Positions 33,165 through 42,376 of a DNA stretch of 57,575 bases are shown here, one piece after another. A program made the position numbers and the translations under genes. The stretch covers positions 1 to 57,575 of the forward strand of contig JBLIRN010000019.1 in assembly GCA_049472315.1 (NCBI GenBank), in the 5' to 3' direction. The notes beneath the pieces were generated by a model. That model saw nothing but the letters and a program-made list of their open reading frames with translations, had not been told where the DNA came from and searched no databases. Numbering within the stretch: position 1 is the stretch's first letter; each line of letters begins with the position of its first letter. This DNA comes from a bacterium (GTDB lineage Bacteria > SZUA-182 > DTGQ01 > JAFGSM01).

Positions 33165-33563
33165 TTACCAGTATCCACCGTACATGCCGTAGAGTCCGCC
33201 GTACATGCCACCGTACATGCCGCCGTACATGCCGTACATGCCGCCATACATGCCACCGTACATACCGTACATGCCGCCGTACATGCCGCCGTACATGCCG
33301 TACATGCCGCCGTACATGCCGTACATGCCGCCGTACATGCCGTACATGCCGCCGTACATGCCGTAGAGTCCGTATCCATATGTCCCATATCCGTTGTATA
33401 TGGATGCAGGATAATTATAGAGATTGCCGGTCCCGCTGACCAGCATGCCGCCTGAACCCCCGTAAAGACCTCCGTAATAGGCTTCACCTGGTTGAATAAG
33501 GCAGAAAATCAAAGAAATCACAAGACATACGATCATGAATGTGCCAATTCCGTTCTTTTTCAT
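33165..33563 (-). CDS. Secreted Gly/Tyr/Met repeat protein (YGM/YGGM repeats), ends GGYW
   Basis: SD aaggag before MKKNG; signal peptide ending GEA-Y; about 65 aa of YGGM/YGM repeats. Confidence 0.85.
   Translation of the reverse strand: MKKNGIGTFMIVCLVISLIFCLIQPGEAYYGGLYGGSGGMLVSGTGNLYNYPASIYNGYGTYGYGLYGMYGGMYGMYGGMYGMYGGMYGMYGGMYGGMYGMYGGMYGGMYGMYGGMYGGMYGGLYGMYGGYW
33168..33375 (-). repeat. Near-perfect 9/12-bp tandem repeat (gccgtacat / gccgccgtacat)
   Basis: Visible in the DNA; coding repeat of the Gly-rich gene. Confidence 0.92.
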
Positions 33564-33626
33564 CTTCGTTATCTCCTTTTGCTTTCGATTTTCCGATCTT
33601 ATACAAAGGAAAAACACAGTAGCGAT

Positions 33627-33644
33627 CTATACAAAATCTGTCAT
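33627..33644 (-). CDS. Upstream mini-ORF MTDFV
   Basis: SD aaaaggaggt 6 nt before ATG; stop about 64 nt before the 33563 start. Confidence 0.4.
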   Translation of the reverse strand: MTDFV

Positions 33645-34317
33645 GAGGCAACCTCCTTTTGGATGTTTTATCCTATGGCGATGGTAAGGAATTTAGGGCC
33701 CCTTTTTTTGAAACAAACAGGACGATGTGAGGGATAAGATTTAAATGAAAAAATTGTGGCTCCTTGTTGCTTTTTAAAAAAAATGAAAGGGTTCTATTTT
33801 TTTTGAATTGTCATGCCCCCTTTAATGATTTATAGTTTATTTACCTTAAAATATACTTATAATTACATTCTACCTATTTATATATAACTATCCTCTTCAT
33901 AAATTCTTAACAATTTATCCACAAAAGTCAAATATAAGTTTCGTGTGGTCTTCGGGATGCCGGTCATTTTCATGATCGTGATTTCAATTGCATCAACATG
34001 ACCTTCATGACAGATGTAAACAGTCCGGGACGACCATTGCACCACGGAATCTTCATGGCGGTCGATGTGCATGGAAGCAATTGTTCTTATAGGGGTGGAG
34101 GATACCTGTTTATGGATGTTTCTGCCTGCGCGATGACCGTGGAATGACCGGTGCCTCATATTCGAAGCAAGGACAGAATTTTTAATGGAAGGGTAGGGGG
34201 TGATTTGCATCACGTGGGATTTCATTCCCTGCTGCCGGCGAGGGTAAAGGATGGGAAATCCCTGCGGGGATATCCGCTGATTGCACCAAAGATAATTGAG
34301 GTATCATTTGAAAAGGG

Positions 34318-34336
34318 GTTGGTCACTTGGTAAAAT
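34318..34336 (+). promoter_or_regulatory. Putative ArsR-family operator, copy 2
   Basis: gttggtcacttggtaaaat about 30 nt upstream of the ArsR start. Confidence 0.5.
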
Positions 34337-34365
34337 GATAATCAATAGGTGTAAGGAGGTTAACC

Positions 34366-34686
34366 ATGAACGACAATGAGTGGTCACGTTTCAAAGCTCA
34401 GGCCAAGATTATTAAAGCCATGGCCCATCCAAGCCGTCTTTTTATCGTCGATGAGTTGTCGCGTCATGAAAGGTGTGTTAACGAGCTCACAGGAATGATA
34501 GGTGCGGATATGTCCACCGTATCCAAGCACCTTTCGGTGCTTAAAGAGGTAGGCATTGTATTTGATGAAAAACGGGGCACGCAGATCTATTATAAGTTAA
34601 AGGTCCCGTGTATTTTGGAATTTATTCACTGTGTGGAATACGTTTTAAAGACCAATGCAAAGGAGCACCTGGCGCTTGTTTTATAA
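34366..34686 (+). CDS. ArsR/SmtB family transcriptional regulator
   Basis: KAMAHPSRL, CVNELT, STVSKHLSVLKEVGIV, KRGTQIYY, PCI...C. Confidence 0.93.
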   Translation: MNDNEWSRFKAQAKIIKAMAHPSRLFIVDELSRHERCVNELTGMIGADMSTVSKHLSVLKEVGIVFDEKRGTQIYYKLKVPCILEFIHCVEYVLKTNAKEHLALVL

Positions 34687-34800
34687 AGGGATAATTATAC
34701 AATCATTGCCACATTTCAGGAATTCAAGGCCTCATACCCTGTGGATCGCTGCAGGGTGAATTTTTACATCGAGTCGACTTAAGACAGGAAGGAAAATTTG

Positions 34801-35034
34801 ATGAGAAAGATACAAATTCTTGGCACCGGTTGTCCAAAATGCAGGAGTCTGGCCAAAAATGCGGAGGCAGCAGCACGGGAACTCGCATTGGAATTCGAGA
34901 TCACCAAGATAACGGATATTCCCGCGATCATGAAATTCGGTATCACGGTCACCCCGGCCCTGGTCATAGATGACGAGATAAAGGTTGCCGGCAAGGTTCC
35001 CTCCGTTGATGAGATAAAGGAAATGCTTTCATAA
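34801..35034 (+). CDS. Small thioredoxin-like redox protein (MTH895 type)
   Basis: IQILGTGCPKC, TPALVIDDEIKVAGKVPS. Confidence 0.92.
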   Translation: MRKIQILGTGCPKCRSLAKNAEAAARELALEFEITKITDIPAIMKFGITVTPALVIDDEIKVAGKVPSVDEIKEMLS

Positions 35035-35039
35035 GGGGG

Positions 35040-38000
35040 CTACCACAACACCAGGCTCTTGAAATCCCTTCTGAAACCGGATGCAGTGAGAGCCTCTTGG
35101 TACGGGCTTTCAACCGCAGGCTTCGCGTTGATCGTGTCCACTTTGATTCGTTTGAGCGGGCTGAATCGTCTGGTCAACCGGACCTGAAATAGCTTACAAT
35201 AGTCGGAAACATACGGGTCTTCGGGAGGGATACGGAACTCCAATCGCCGCCCTCGCTGCCGTGACACCAGGACGATCCTTCTTCCGTGAAACACCAGGTG
35301 AGTGGAGGGGATGCGGGCAGGAAGCTCCCTCTTCAAGCCCTCCATGGGCACACCGCACAGGGATGCGGGATCTGCTGCATTCATCCAGTATATGGCATCC
35401 TCGGGAAGCCCCTTCCGGATCTCCCTGAAGGCATAGTGGGAGATAAACTGCATACCGGGTATCCCGGTGAAGAAATAGCCGGCCAGGATCTCCCCGGAGA
35501 GCTCCATCATCCGAAGGCTTCTGAAGATGGAGGGCCACTGGAGTTCCTTCAGCTCACGGCCGAGGATTTCCCTGAACAGGATGCCGTATCGTTGAAGGAG
35601 TATCCGTATCCGGTCCCTGACCATCTCCTCTTTTTCCAGGGGGTCCTCCGACAGGTCGTTTCTCTTCAGGATAAACCAGTTCCCTGCATCGGGCCTTGAG
35701 GATTTCCATCGATCGAAGTGGGAGCGGATCCCCCGTGCCCTCCCCCTGGAGAGGGGAGGCAGGCCGGTCGCCCGGAATCCGTTCTCGATGCCCGCACGCA
35801 GCACCTGAATCCGGTCATTGGAAACGAGCCCGTCCCAGGCCGTCTCCCAGAGCCGTTCGGTGAGCACATCCGAAGGGATGCCGCTTTCCCTGGAAAGATC
35901 CCAGAAGCTGTATTTTCCACTCTGTTCGGGAAAGAGATTCAGGCGATCCTCATGCCGTGGCTGCTGCACGAAGAGATCGAGGTCGCCCTCAAAGCAGAAC
36001 CCCACCCGTTCCCTTCCGCAGCCAAACCATACCAATTCACTTTCCAGGAAGAGGGTGTCAAGCCATGATGGTTGATAGGGCACCAACCTGGCCGGGAATA
36101 TCTCCGTTTCCCACAGATTGGCCATGGCAGGGTATCCCCAGAGTGTTTCCAGACAGTTTTGAAGGTCCTCCTTGGATCCCCCGGGGGAGACGAGCCCCTG
36201 AACGTGGGCGACCAAAAGGGGAAGATAGGAGAGATCCAGGGCCTCAAATGCGGGCCGCCCCTTTTTCCGGGTCATTCGAAGAAGCATCTCCAGGTTGCGG
36301 GCATCGCACCACTCCAACTCCTGCGCCTTTTCAGAGATATGGCCGGATACGATCGTTCGCTGGTTTACGAGGCTCTCCGAGAGGTTATTCAGGACCTCTT
36401 CATTGACCCCCCACACCATTCGAATAAAATTCTGCGAGATGGGACCGTAGAACTGCATCCATTCGGCAAAAAGGGGCAGGAGGATCTCCTCGTCACCCAG
36501 GAGGGCCTTCTCGATGCGCGGCAGTCTTTCCATGGCGATGACCACGGGGATTGTGGCACCGGAAAGCACCCGGATACAGATCTTGTCTTTCACTGATTCT
36601 ACGTGTGAATGGATGGGCTCGATCAGTCGGTTCCATTCCGGCTCCGGGATCAGGATTCGTTCCTTGAGCAGATCAAGCAGCTCCGGCGGCGTGGCCGGGG
36701 CATAGCCCGGATGGGTTCCCTGGATCTTTGCGATGAATTCGTCGAGGATCTCCGGGGATACCTGTGGTCGCAGACCGGGGGTAAAAATAAGGTCTTCGAT
36801 AATGTCCCCCTTCAGCCGGGAGGCCTTTGCCTCGGCGGGTGTGTCATCCTCATACACCAACGTGTTCGCCTGCTGCCAGATGACATCGGCCGCAAAGGGG
36901 GAGGGGGCCTTTGTGCGGACCTCCCTGACCTCGATCCTCCCATCCCGTATCTCATCGAGCATCCGGATGAGATTGTCGAGGTCAAATGCATCCTGCAGGC
37001 ATTCCCGCCAGGTCTCCGCCAGGATAGGGAAATCCTCATAGCGGGACACTGCGTGGAGTATCCTTTTCGAGCGAAGGCGGGTAAGCCATAGGGGCACACG
37101 TGTATGGAAGCCCTGCTTGGGGAGAAGGAGGGCGCGCCCGGCGTTCTCCCTGAAACGGGCGCCGAAGAACCCTGTCTTTTCCAGCCGTTTTCGAAGGAGT
37201 GCGTGGATGTTCTCCGGGGTCACCAGATCAAAGAGTTCATGCGGGGAGAAACGGTGCGGCAGGTTCAGGAGTATGCAGTCATTCTCCTGGAACCCATGCA
37301 GGGGGAGGTGATACGTTTCCTCCCAGGCCTGTGCAAGGGCGATGAAGAAGGGGAGGTTCAACCGGCTTCCCCAGAGGGTGTGCAGGATGACCTGACCGGT
37401 GTCATCTCTGTGCACGAAATCCGTACAGCATTCAACGAGCAGCAGGTGCCGGTGGGGGAGGTCGGGTCCTGCTGCCCTTTTCTGACCCTTGAGAACATCG
37501 ATCAGGTGGGCCGCTGCCTCCTCATCCATATGGCATTCACTGCTCAGCCGGTGGTGCGCGTCCGCTTCTTCCACCCTTCGGTTCCATTCCTCGAGGAACA
37601 CGGCGATCCTCTCCGAGAGGTGAAAGCCTCGCAGGAGTGACTCCCCTCTCCAGAAGGGTGCCATGCCGTGAGGTTTTGTAAGCGGCACCACATCCACATG
37701 CTGGTGATCGATTCCCTCGATCCTCCAGGCCTGTGTCCCCAGGGTGAAGGTGTCGCCGACGCGTCGCTCCCATACGAACTCCTCGTCGAGTTCCCCGATC
37801 TTTGCCTTGTTCTCGGAAAGCCGCATGGTATAGTATCCCCGGTCCGGGATGGTGCCGCCTGCCACATAGAGGAGACGCAAGGCCCCCTGCTTACCCTGTA
37901 TGGTGTTATCGATTGCATCAATGGATATCCGGGGCCTGAGTTCGCGAATCCTGGAGTCCGCGTACCGTCCGGAAAGCATCTCCAGAACACAATCATACTG

Positions 38001-39356
38001 GGTACGTGCCAGGTGATGAAACGGATAACTGGCGCGCATATGATGAAACAGGGCATCCCTGTCCCATTGCTCCGTGCCCGCCATGGAAACGACGATCTGG
38101 GCAAGGACATCCAGGGGACATTCAGGGATGCGCACCGCTTCGATAGCGCCTTCCATCACGGCCTTTGCCATCACCGCGCCGGTAACCAGGTCCCTCCCGT
38201 GCAGGGGATAAATCCGTGCCCTGCTGGTCTCCTTCACGGCGTGTCCGGCCCTTCCGATTCGCTGGACCGCTGCGCTGATTGAGAGGGGAGCCTGGATCAG
38301 GACCACCTCGTCCAATGCGCCTATATCGATGCCGAGCTCGAGGGAGCTTGTTGCGAGAATGGCCTTGAGCTCTCCCCGTTTCAACATCTGCTCCACATGC
38401 CTGCGCAGTTCCTTTGACAGGGATCCGTGGTGCGAATAGGCGAGCAGTTCCCCCTGCTCCTCGTTGATCAGTCTGGTTATCTTCTCGGTGAGCCTGCGGT
38501 TGTTGGTGAAAAAAAGGGTGGAACGATTATTCCGTATGATGGTGACGAATTCGCCGATCAGCCGGTGCCACCAGGTTTCCCTGGTAAGGGGTGCCTGCAC
38601 GTCGTGCGGAAACGAGACCCTTACCTCGGGCTGTTTCCGGAAATCGGATCGAATGATCCTCACGTGCCGCTTGCGGTACAAAACCTCTCCCTCATGCGTC
38701 TCCATGGCATACCCTGCGATAAAGTCCGCGACCTTCTCTATTGGCCTGATGGTGGCTGAGAGGCCGATCCGCTGGAATTCCCCTGACAGGGGCACCAGCC
38801 TCTCCACTGCGGTGATGAGGTGTGTTCCTCGCTTGTTGTCGGCCACCGCGTGGATCTCGTCACAAATCACCGTGGCAATCCCGGTCAACAAGGGACGGGC
38901 CCTTTTTGAGCTGAGTAACAGGTTGAGGCTCTCGGGGGTGGTGATGAGGATCTCCGGGGGATGGCGCAGCATGCTGCGGCGTTCCTGCTGGGGCGTATCT
39001 CCGCTTCTCACCCGTATATGGATCCTGGGAAAATTCTCCCCGTGACGGAGGAAATACCCCTGAAGCTCACCGAGGGGATGGATGAGGTTCAGGCGTATGT
39101 CGTTGTTGAGCGCCTTAAGCGGGGAGACGTAGAGCACACGGATCTGCCCGGGGGGCCAGCATCCGGCAGCAAGTTGATTGATGGCCCAGAGAAAGGCGGC
39201 AAGGGTCTTCCCGCTACCCGTGGGGGCCGTAAGCAGCACATGGCTGCCGGCGCTGATCCCTTCCCATGCCTTTTCCTGAATCTCGGTAGGGGTATGGTAT
39301 TTTTCCAGAAACCATCGGGCGATCAGGGGATGAAAGGCGTGTAATGCATGGTCCAT
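35040..39356 (-). CDS. lhr: Lhr-like SF2 DNA helicase, full length with C-terminal domain
   Basis: APTGSGKT, YVSPLKALNNDI, TTPESL, DEIH, HHGSLS, ATSSLELGIDIG, QRIGRAGH, GELDEEFV. Confidence 0.93.
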   Translation of the reverse strand: MDHALHAFHPLIARWFLEKYHTPTEIQEKAWEGISAGSHVLLTAPTGSGKTLAAFLWAINQLAAGCWPPGQIRVLYVSPLKALNNDIRLNLIHPLGELQGYFLRHGENFPRIHIRVRSGDTPQQERRSMLRHPPEILITTPESLNLLLSSKRARPLLTGIATVICDEIHAVADNKRGTHLITAVERLVPLSGEFQRIGLSATIRPIEKVADFIAGYAMETHEGEVLYRKRHVRIIRSDFRKQPEVRVSFPHDVQAPLTRETWWHRLIGEFVTIIRNNRSTLFFTNNRRLTEKITRLINEEQGELLAYSHHGSLSKELRRHVEQMLKRGELKAILATSSLELGIDIGALDEVVLIQAPLSISAAVQRIGRAGHAVKETSRARIYPLHGRDLVTGAVMAKAVMEGAIEAVRIPECPLDVLAQIVVSMAGTEQWDRDALFHHMRASYPFHHLARTQYDCVLEMLSGRYADSRIRELRPRISIDAIDNTIQGKQGALRLLYVAGGTIPDRGYYTMRLSENKAKIGELDEEFVWERRVGDTFTLGTQAWRIEGIDHQHVDVVPLTKPHGMAPFWRGESLLRGFHLSERIAVFLEEWNRRVEEADAHHRLSSECHMDEEAAAHLIDVLKGQKRAAGPDLPHRHLLLVECCTDFVHRDDTGQVILHTLWGSRLNLPFFIALAQAWEETYHLPLHGFQENDCILLNLPHRFSPHELFDLVTPENIHALLRKRLEKTGFFGARFRENAGRALLLPKQGFHTRVPLWLTRLRSKRILHAVSRYEDFPILAETWRECLQDAFDLDNLIRMLDEIRDGRIEVREVRTKAPSPFAADVIWQQANTLVYEDDTPAEAKASRLKGDIIEDLIFTPGLRPQVSPEILDEFIAKIQGTHPGYAPATPPELLDLLKERILIPEPEWNRLIEPIHSHVESVKDKICIRVLSGATIPVVIAMERLPRIEKALLGDEEILLPLFAEWMQFYGPISQNFIRMVWGVNEEVLNNLSESLVNQRTIVSGHISEKAQELEWCDARNLEMLLRMTRKKGRPAFEALDLSYLPLLVAHVQGLVSPGGSKEDLQNCLETLWGYPAMANLWETEIFPARLVPYQPSWLDTLFLESELVWFGCGRERVGFCFEGDLDLFVQQPRHEDRLNLFPEQSGKYSFWDLSRESGIPSDVLTERLWETAWDGLVSNDRIQVLRAGIENGFRATGLPPLSRGRARGIRSHFDRWKSSRPDAGNWFILKRNDLSEDPLEKEEMVRDRIRILLQRYGILFREILGRELKELQWPSIFRSLRMMELSGEILAGYFFTGIPGMQFISHYAFREIRKGLPEDAIYWMNAADPASLCGVPMEGLKRELPARIPSTHLVFHGRRIVLVSRQRGRRLEFRIPPEDPYVSDYCKLFQVRLTRRFSPLKRIKVDTINAKPAVESPYQEALTASGFRRDFKSLVLW

Positions 39357-39586
39357 ACTGAATCCTCTGTTGTCATTGTATCCTGCGCCCTTCCCCGGTG
39401 CAATAAATGCACCCTCCCTTCCGTCCGCATTTCGTGTCCGGCATAATCGCACATCATTTGTATTGTGAACTCATAAATATGTTGTATTCCGAGTCGGGGC
39501 ACAGGGGGGCCACACGAGGCGTGCTTATGCAAAGGACAGGACTTGCCCGTGCGGAAACAGGGGGGTATGATGTGCCCTCCCGCGGC

Positions 39587-39742
39587 TCAATCCTCGTGCG
39601 GGGCAGTGGTATCTTTTTCCGGATCTCCTTTGTTGGAGCCTGTTTTACCGGATTTTCTTCCCTTGATGATGATGAATACCCAAAATCCGATGAAAAAGGT
39701 CATAAAGATGTAGGTTACCCAGTCCTTTGCTGGATCGAACAT
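39587..39742 (-). CDS. 51-aa single-pass membrane protein (MFDPAKDWVTYIFMTFFIGFWVFIIIKGRKSGK...), not in the ORF track
   Basis: SD aaaggag; one hydrophobic helix followed by basic KGRK. Confidence 0.65.
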   Translation of the reverse strand: MFDPAKDWVTYIFMTFFIGFWVFIIIKGRKSGKTGSNKGDPEKDTTAPHED

Positions 39743-39811
39743 ATTGCCATCTCCTTTGGTGGACGGTGGTCCGATCTGTCCGGATATATTGCTTTAGAGC
39801 AATTTTCAAAT

Positions 39812-39858
39812 AAAAAAGGCCGCCATCGGTATCCGGATCGTGGATACCGATGGCGGCC
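39812..39858 (-). terminator. 17-bp perfect-stem hairpin with U-tract, upstream of the small membrane gene
   Basis: ggccgccatcggtatcc-ggatcgt-ggataccgatggcggcc preceded by aaaaaa on +. Confidence 0.75.
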
Positions 39859-40131
39859 CGACCATCGATCAAACGCCTTCAGGGTGCCAAAGCCTGAACC
39901 CTTTGTAATCCATACAAACTTAATTCACTATAGCCCTTCCCGTACCGGTTGTCAAAAAATCCCTCAACGGCTGTCGATGGCTGGAGCGGAAAGCAGGTCT
40001 CCCTGCCGAAGAGGCCTGTGGATTTCAATCATAGGGCATGGGGTGAAGCTTGAAAGGTTCAGAATTTGGAAAGGCCGCCTCGTGTAAGACCTCATTGAAA
40101 TTATTAATGGAAAATGCTATAGATACCCCTG

Positions 40132-41328
40132 ATGGAAAAGTCTGCCCTCAGCACCGTCCCTGAAGAAGAGATACGTCATCGAATCTCGTCCCTTCAAAAG
40201 AGGCTCGGAGAAGCCGGCCTGCACGGCTGCCTGATTCTGGAAAAGGTCAACCTCTTCTACTATACGGGCACCATGCAGAACGGGACCCTGTATGTCCCTT
40301 CCTCCGGGGAGCCCATCTTTTTCATACGCCGGAGTCTGGAGCGAGGAATGCAGGAATCCCCGTTGAAGATACTCCGAACATACAAGCGATTCAAAGACAT
40401 CCTTCCTGATCTGGCAGGCCGTGACATCGCAAGGCTGGGCATCGACGAGACCACCACCCCGGTGAGGCTCCTCTCCATGCTTAAGGATGCGTTTTTCGCC
40501 ACTGCATTCGAGGATATCAGCACCATCCTTGCTGAGATCAGGGCGGTAAAATCGGCCTATGAGCTCGCCTTGATTCGGGAGGCGGGAAAACGGCATGCAC
40601 TGCTCTACGAGAGGATACCCGGTTTCATCAGTGAGGGGATGACGGAGTGGGAGCTTGGGTCACGGATTGTTGCAGCGATGTTCGACCTTGGTTTCATGGG
40701 ATTCATGCGCCTTGCCGGATTCAACAGCGAACTGTTTTGCGGAAACATCTGTTTCGGGGAATCGGGAACTGCGCCGAGCGCCTTCGAGGGGCCTGGTGGA
40801 TTGGCTGGGCAATCACCGGCGTTTCCCCTGTTTGCGAGTTTAAGGACATTGCATAAAGGGGACATCATCTTCATTGACACGGGCTTCGGGCATAACGGCT
40901 ATTACACGGATACCACAAGGATATTCTCTCTGGGGACACCACGACCCGAGGCCATGGATGCCCACCACACCTGCCTGATCATCCAGGAGGAGATACGCAG
41001 GATGCTGCGGCCTGGGGTACGTCCCTCGGAGATCTACGAAACGATCTATAATGGCTCCGTCCATCCGAAGGATTTCGCACAGGGCTTTATGGGATTCGGG
41101 GGAAATCATGTCACGTTTCTCGGACACGGCATAGGGCTGGTCGTTGACGAGTTCCCGGCAATAGCGAAGAAGATCGAGTATCCCCTGCAGGAAAACATGG
41201 TGATTGCAGTGGAGCCCAAGAAGGGACTTCCGGGTATCGGGCTGGTGGGAATCGAAAACACCTTTGTGGTGACCGATAAAGGAGGGGAGAGACTTACCCG
41301 GTTCCCTGACGAGATCGGGGTTCTGTAA
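40132..41328 (+). CDS. M24 family Xaa-Pro aminopeptidase-like protein
   Basis: RAVKSAYEL, IDTGFGHNGYYTDTTR, GHGIGL..DE, AVEPK, GIENT. Confidence 0.92.
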   Translation: MEKSALSTVPEEEIRHRISSLQKRLGEAGLHGCLILEKVNLFYYTGTMQNGTLYVPSSGEPIFFIRRSLERGMQESPLKILRTYKRFKDILPDLAGRDIARLGIDETTTPVRLLSMLKDAFFATAFEDISTILAEIRAVKSAYELALIREAGKRHALLYERIPGFISEGMTEWELGSRIVAAMFDLGFMGFMRLAGFNSELFCGNICFGESGTAPSAFEGPGGLAGQSPAFPLFASLRTLHKGDIIFIDTGFGHNGYYTDTTRIFSLGTPRPEAMDAHHTCLIIQEEIRRMLRPGVRPSEIYETIYNGSVHPKDFAQGFMGFGGNHVTFLGHGIGLVVDEFPAIAKKIEYPLQENMVIAVEPKKGLPGIGLVGIENTFVVTDKGGERLTRFPDEIGVL

Positions 41329-41367
41329 TCCCAGCCTCGGTTCTTTCCTGCAATCCGCCGAAAACCG

Positions 41368-42147
41368 TCATGCGCCCTGCCCCTCGTTTGTTTCCTTGCC
41401 GAAACCGACCACCACGTAGGTATTGCTCTTGGGGTCCGTTTTGAGCCGGATGAGGCCGTTCTTTTCCGCGTCGACAAGCAGGTCGCTGAAGGTGCGGTAG
41501 CCGTGGTACTGCTCGCTGAAGGAGGGCTTTTTCCTCTTCATGGTCTCCTTGATCATGGAGGACCAGAGGGTCTCCTTGTTTTCCCTGACCAGGGCAACGA
41601 CCGAATCGATCAGGAGCTGGAATGCATCCTTTTTTTTCTTGGAGAGTTCCTTTCCGATTTCCGGGGGATTTCCTACGGGACGCTCGAGGTCCTCATAGTA
41701 TATGAATTCATCGCAATTGTTGATGAGCAGGTCGGAGCTCGAGTCCTTCATTCCCAGACCTATGACGTGCTTTCCATTTTCTTTCAGTTTTGACACCAGC
41801 GGCGAGAAATCGCTGTCACCGGACAGGATAACGAAGGTGTCGATGTGCTCCTTTGAATAGCAGAGGTCTATGGCATCCACCGCCAGCCGGATATCCGCAG
41901 AGTTTTTCCCGGCCAACCCGCGATGAGGGATCTCGGTGAGTTCGATGGCAGCCTGGTGCAACATCCTCTTGTATTCCTCGTACGTTGACCAATCCGCATA
42001 TGCCTTCTTGACAATGATCTTGCCCTTTTCCACCAGGCGTTCCAGAATCTTTTGGATGTCGAGGTTTTTCTTTCTTTTCGACTTCAAACCAAGCGCAAGA
42101 TTTTCAAAGTCGATGAGCACCGCAAGGGATCGTTCCGCCTCGGGCAT
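41368..42147 (-). CDS. NYN (LabA/DUF88 PIN-like) domain protein with C-terminal OST-HTH
   Basis: IDFEN, GKNSADIRLAVDA, SGDSDFSPL, PSFSEQYHGYRTFSDLL. Confidence 0.92.
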   Translation of the reverse strand: MPEAERSLAVLIDFENLALGLKSKRKKNLDIQKILERLVEKGKIIVKKAYADWSTYEEYKRMLHQAAIELTEIPHRGLAGKNSADIRLAVDAIDLCYSKEHIDTFVILSGDSDFSPLVSKLKENGKHVIGLGMKDSSSDLLINNCDEFIYYEDLERPVGNPPEIGKELSKKKKDAFQLLIDSVVALVRENKETLWSSMIKETMKRKKPSFSEQYHGYRTFSDLLVDAEKNGLIRLKTDPKSNTYVVVGFGKETNEGQGA

Positions 42148-42376
42148 AACGCCTCCTTTTCATTATTTCTGTATTGTATAGAAAAACCTCTTGTATATCA
42201 AGCGGTCTCTCCGGATCACGGTGAATCCGGGTGACTGGCCCATGCCCCTGACGTCTGCTGCATGGATGGGCCATGCCACGCTCATATTCCCCGTAATTGA
42301 GTATTCTCATGATTCCCGGCAACCTGAAGGGTATGAAGGCATGTTCCGAACAGGGAGTCCTGCCTATTCAAAAATA

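Noticed and set aside
33168..33375. Possible CRISPR array
   Set aside because: Contiguous 9/12-bp units with no unique spacers and no cas genes
33072..33487. His-rich (VHAA)n and (CTAA)n ORFs
   Set aside because: Antisense and shifted frames of the YGM repeat gene; no SD or leader
33878..34225. 115-aa minus-strand ORF
   Set aside because: No recognisable motif or convincing SD; probably spurious
39407..40087. 226-aa plus-strand ORF
   Set aside because: Crosses a terminator hairpin and overlaps a better-supported 51-aa gene on the minus strand
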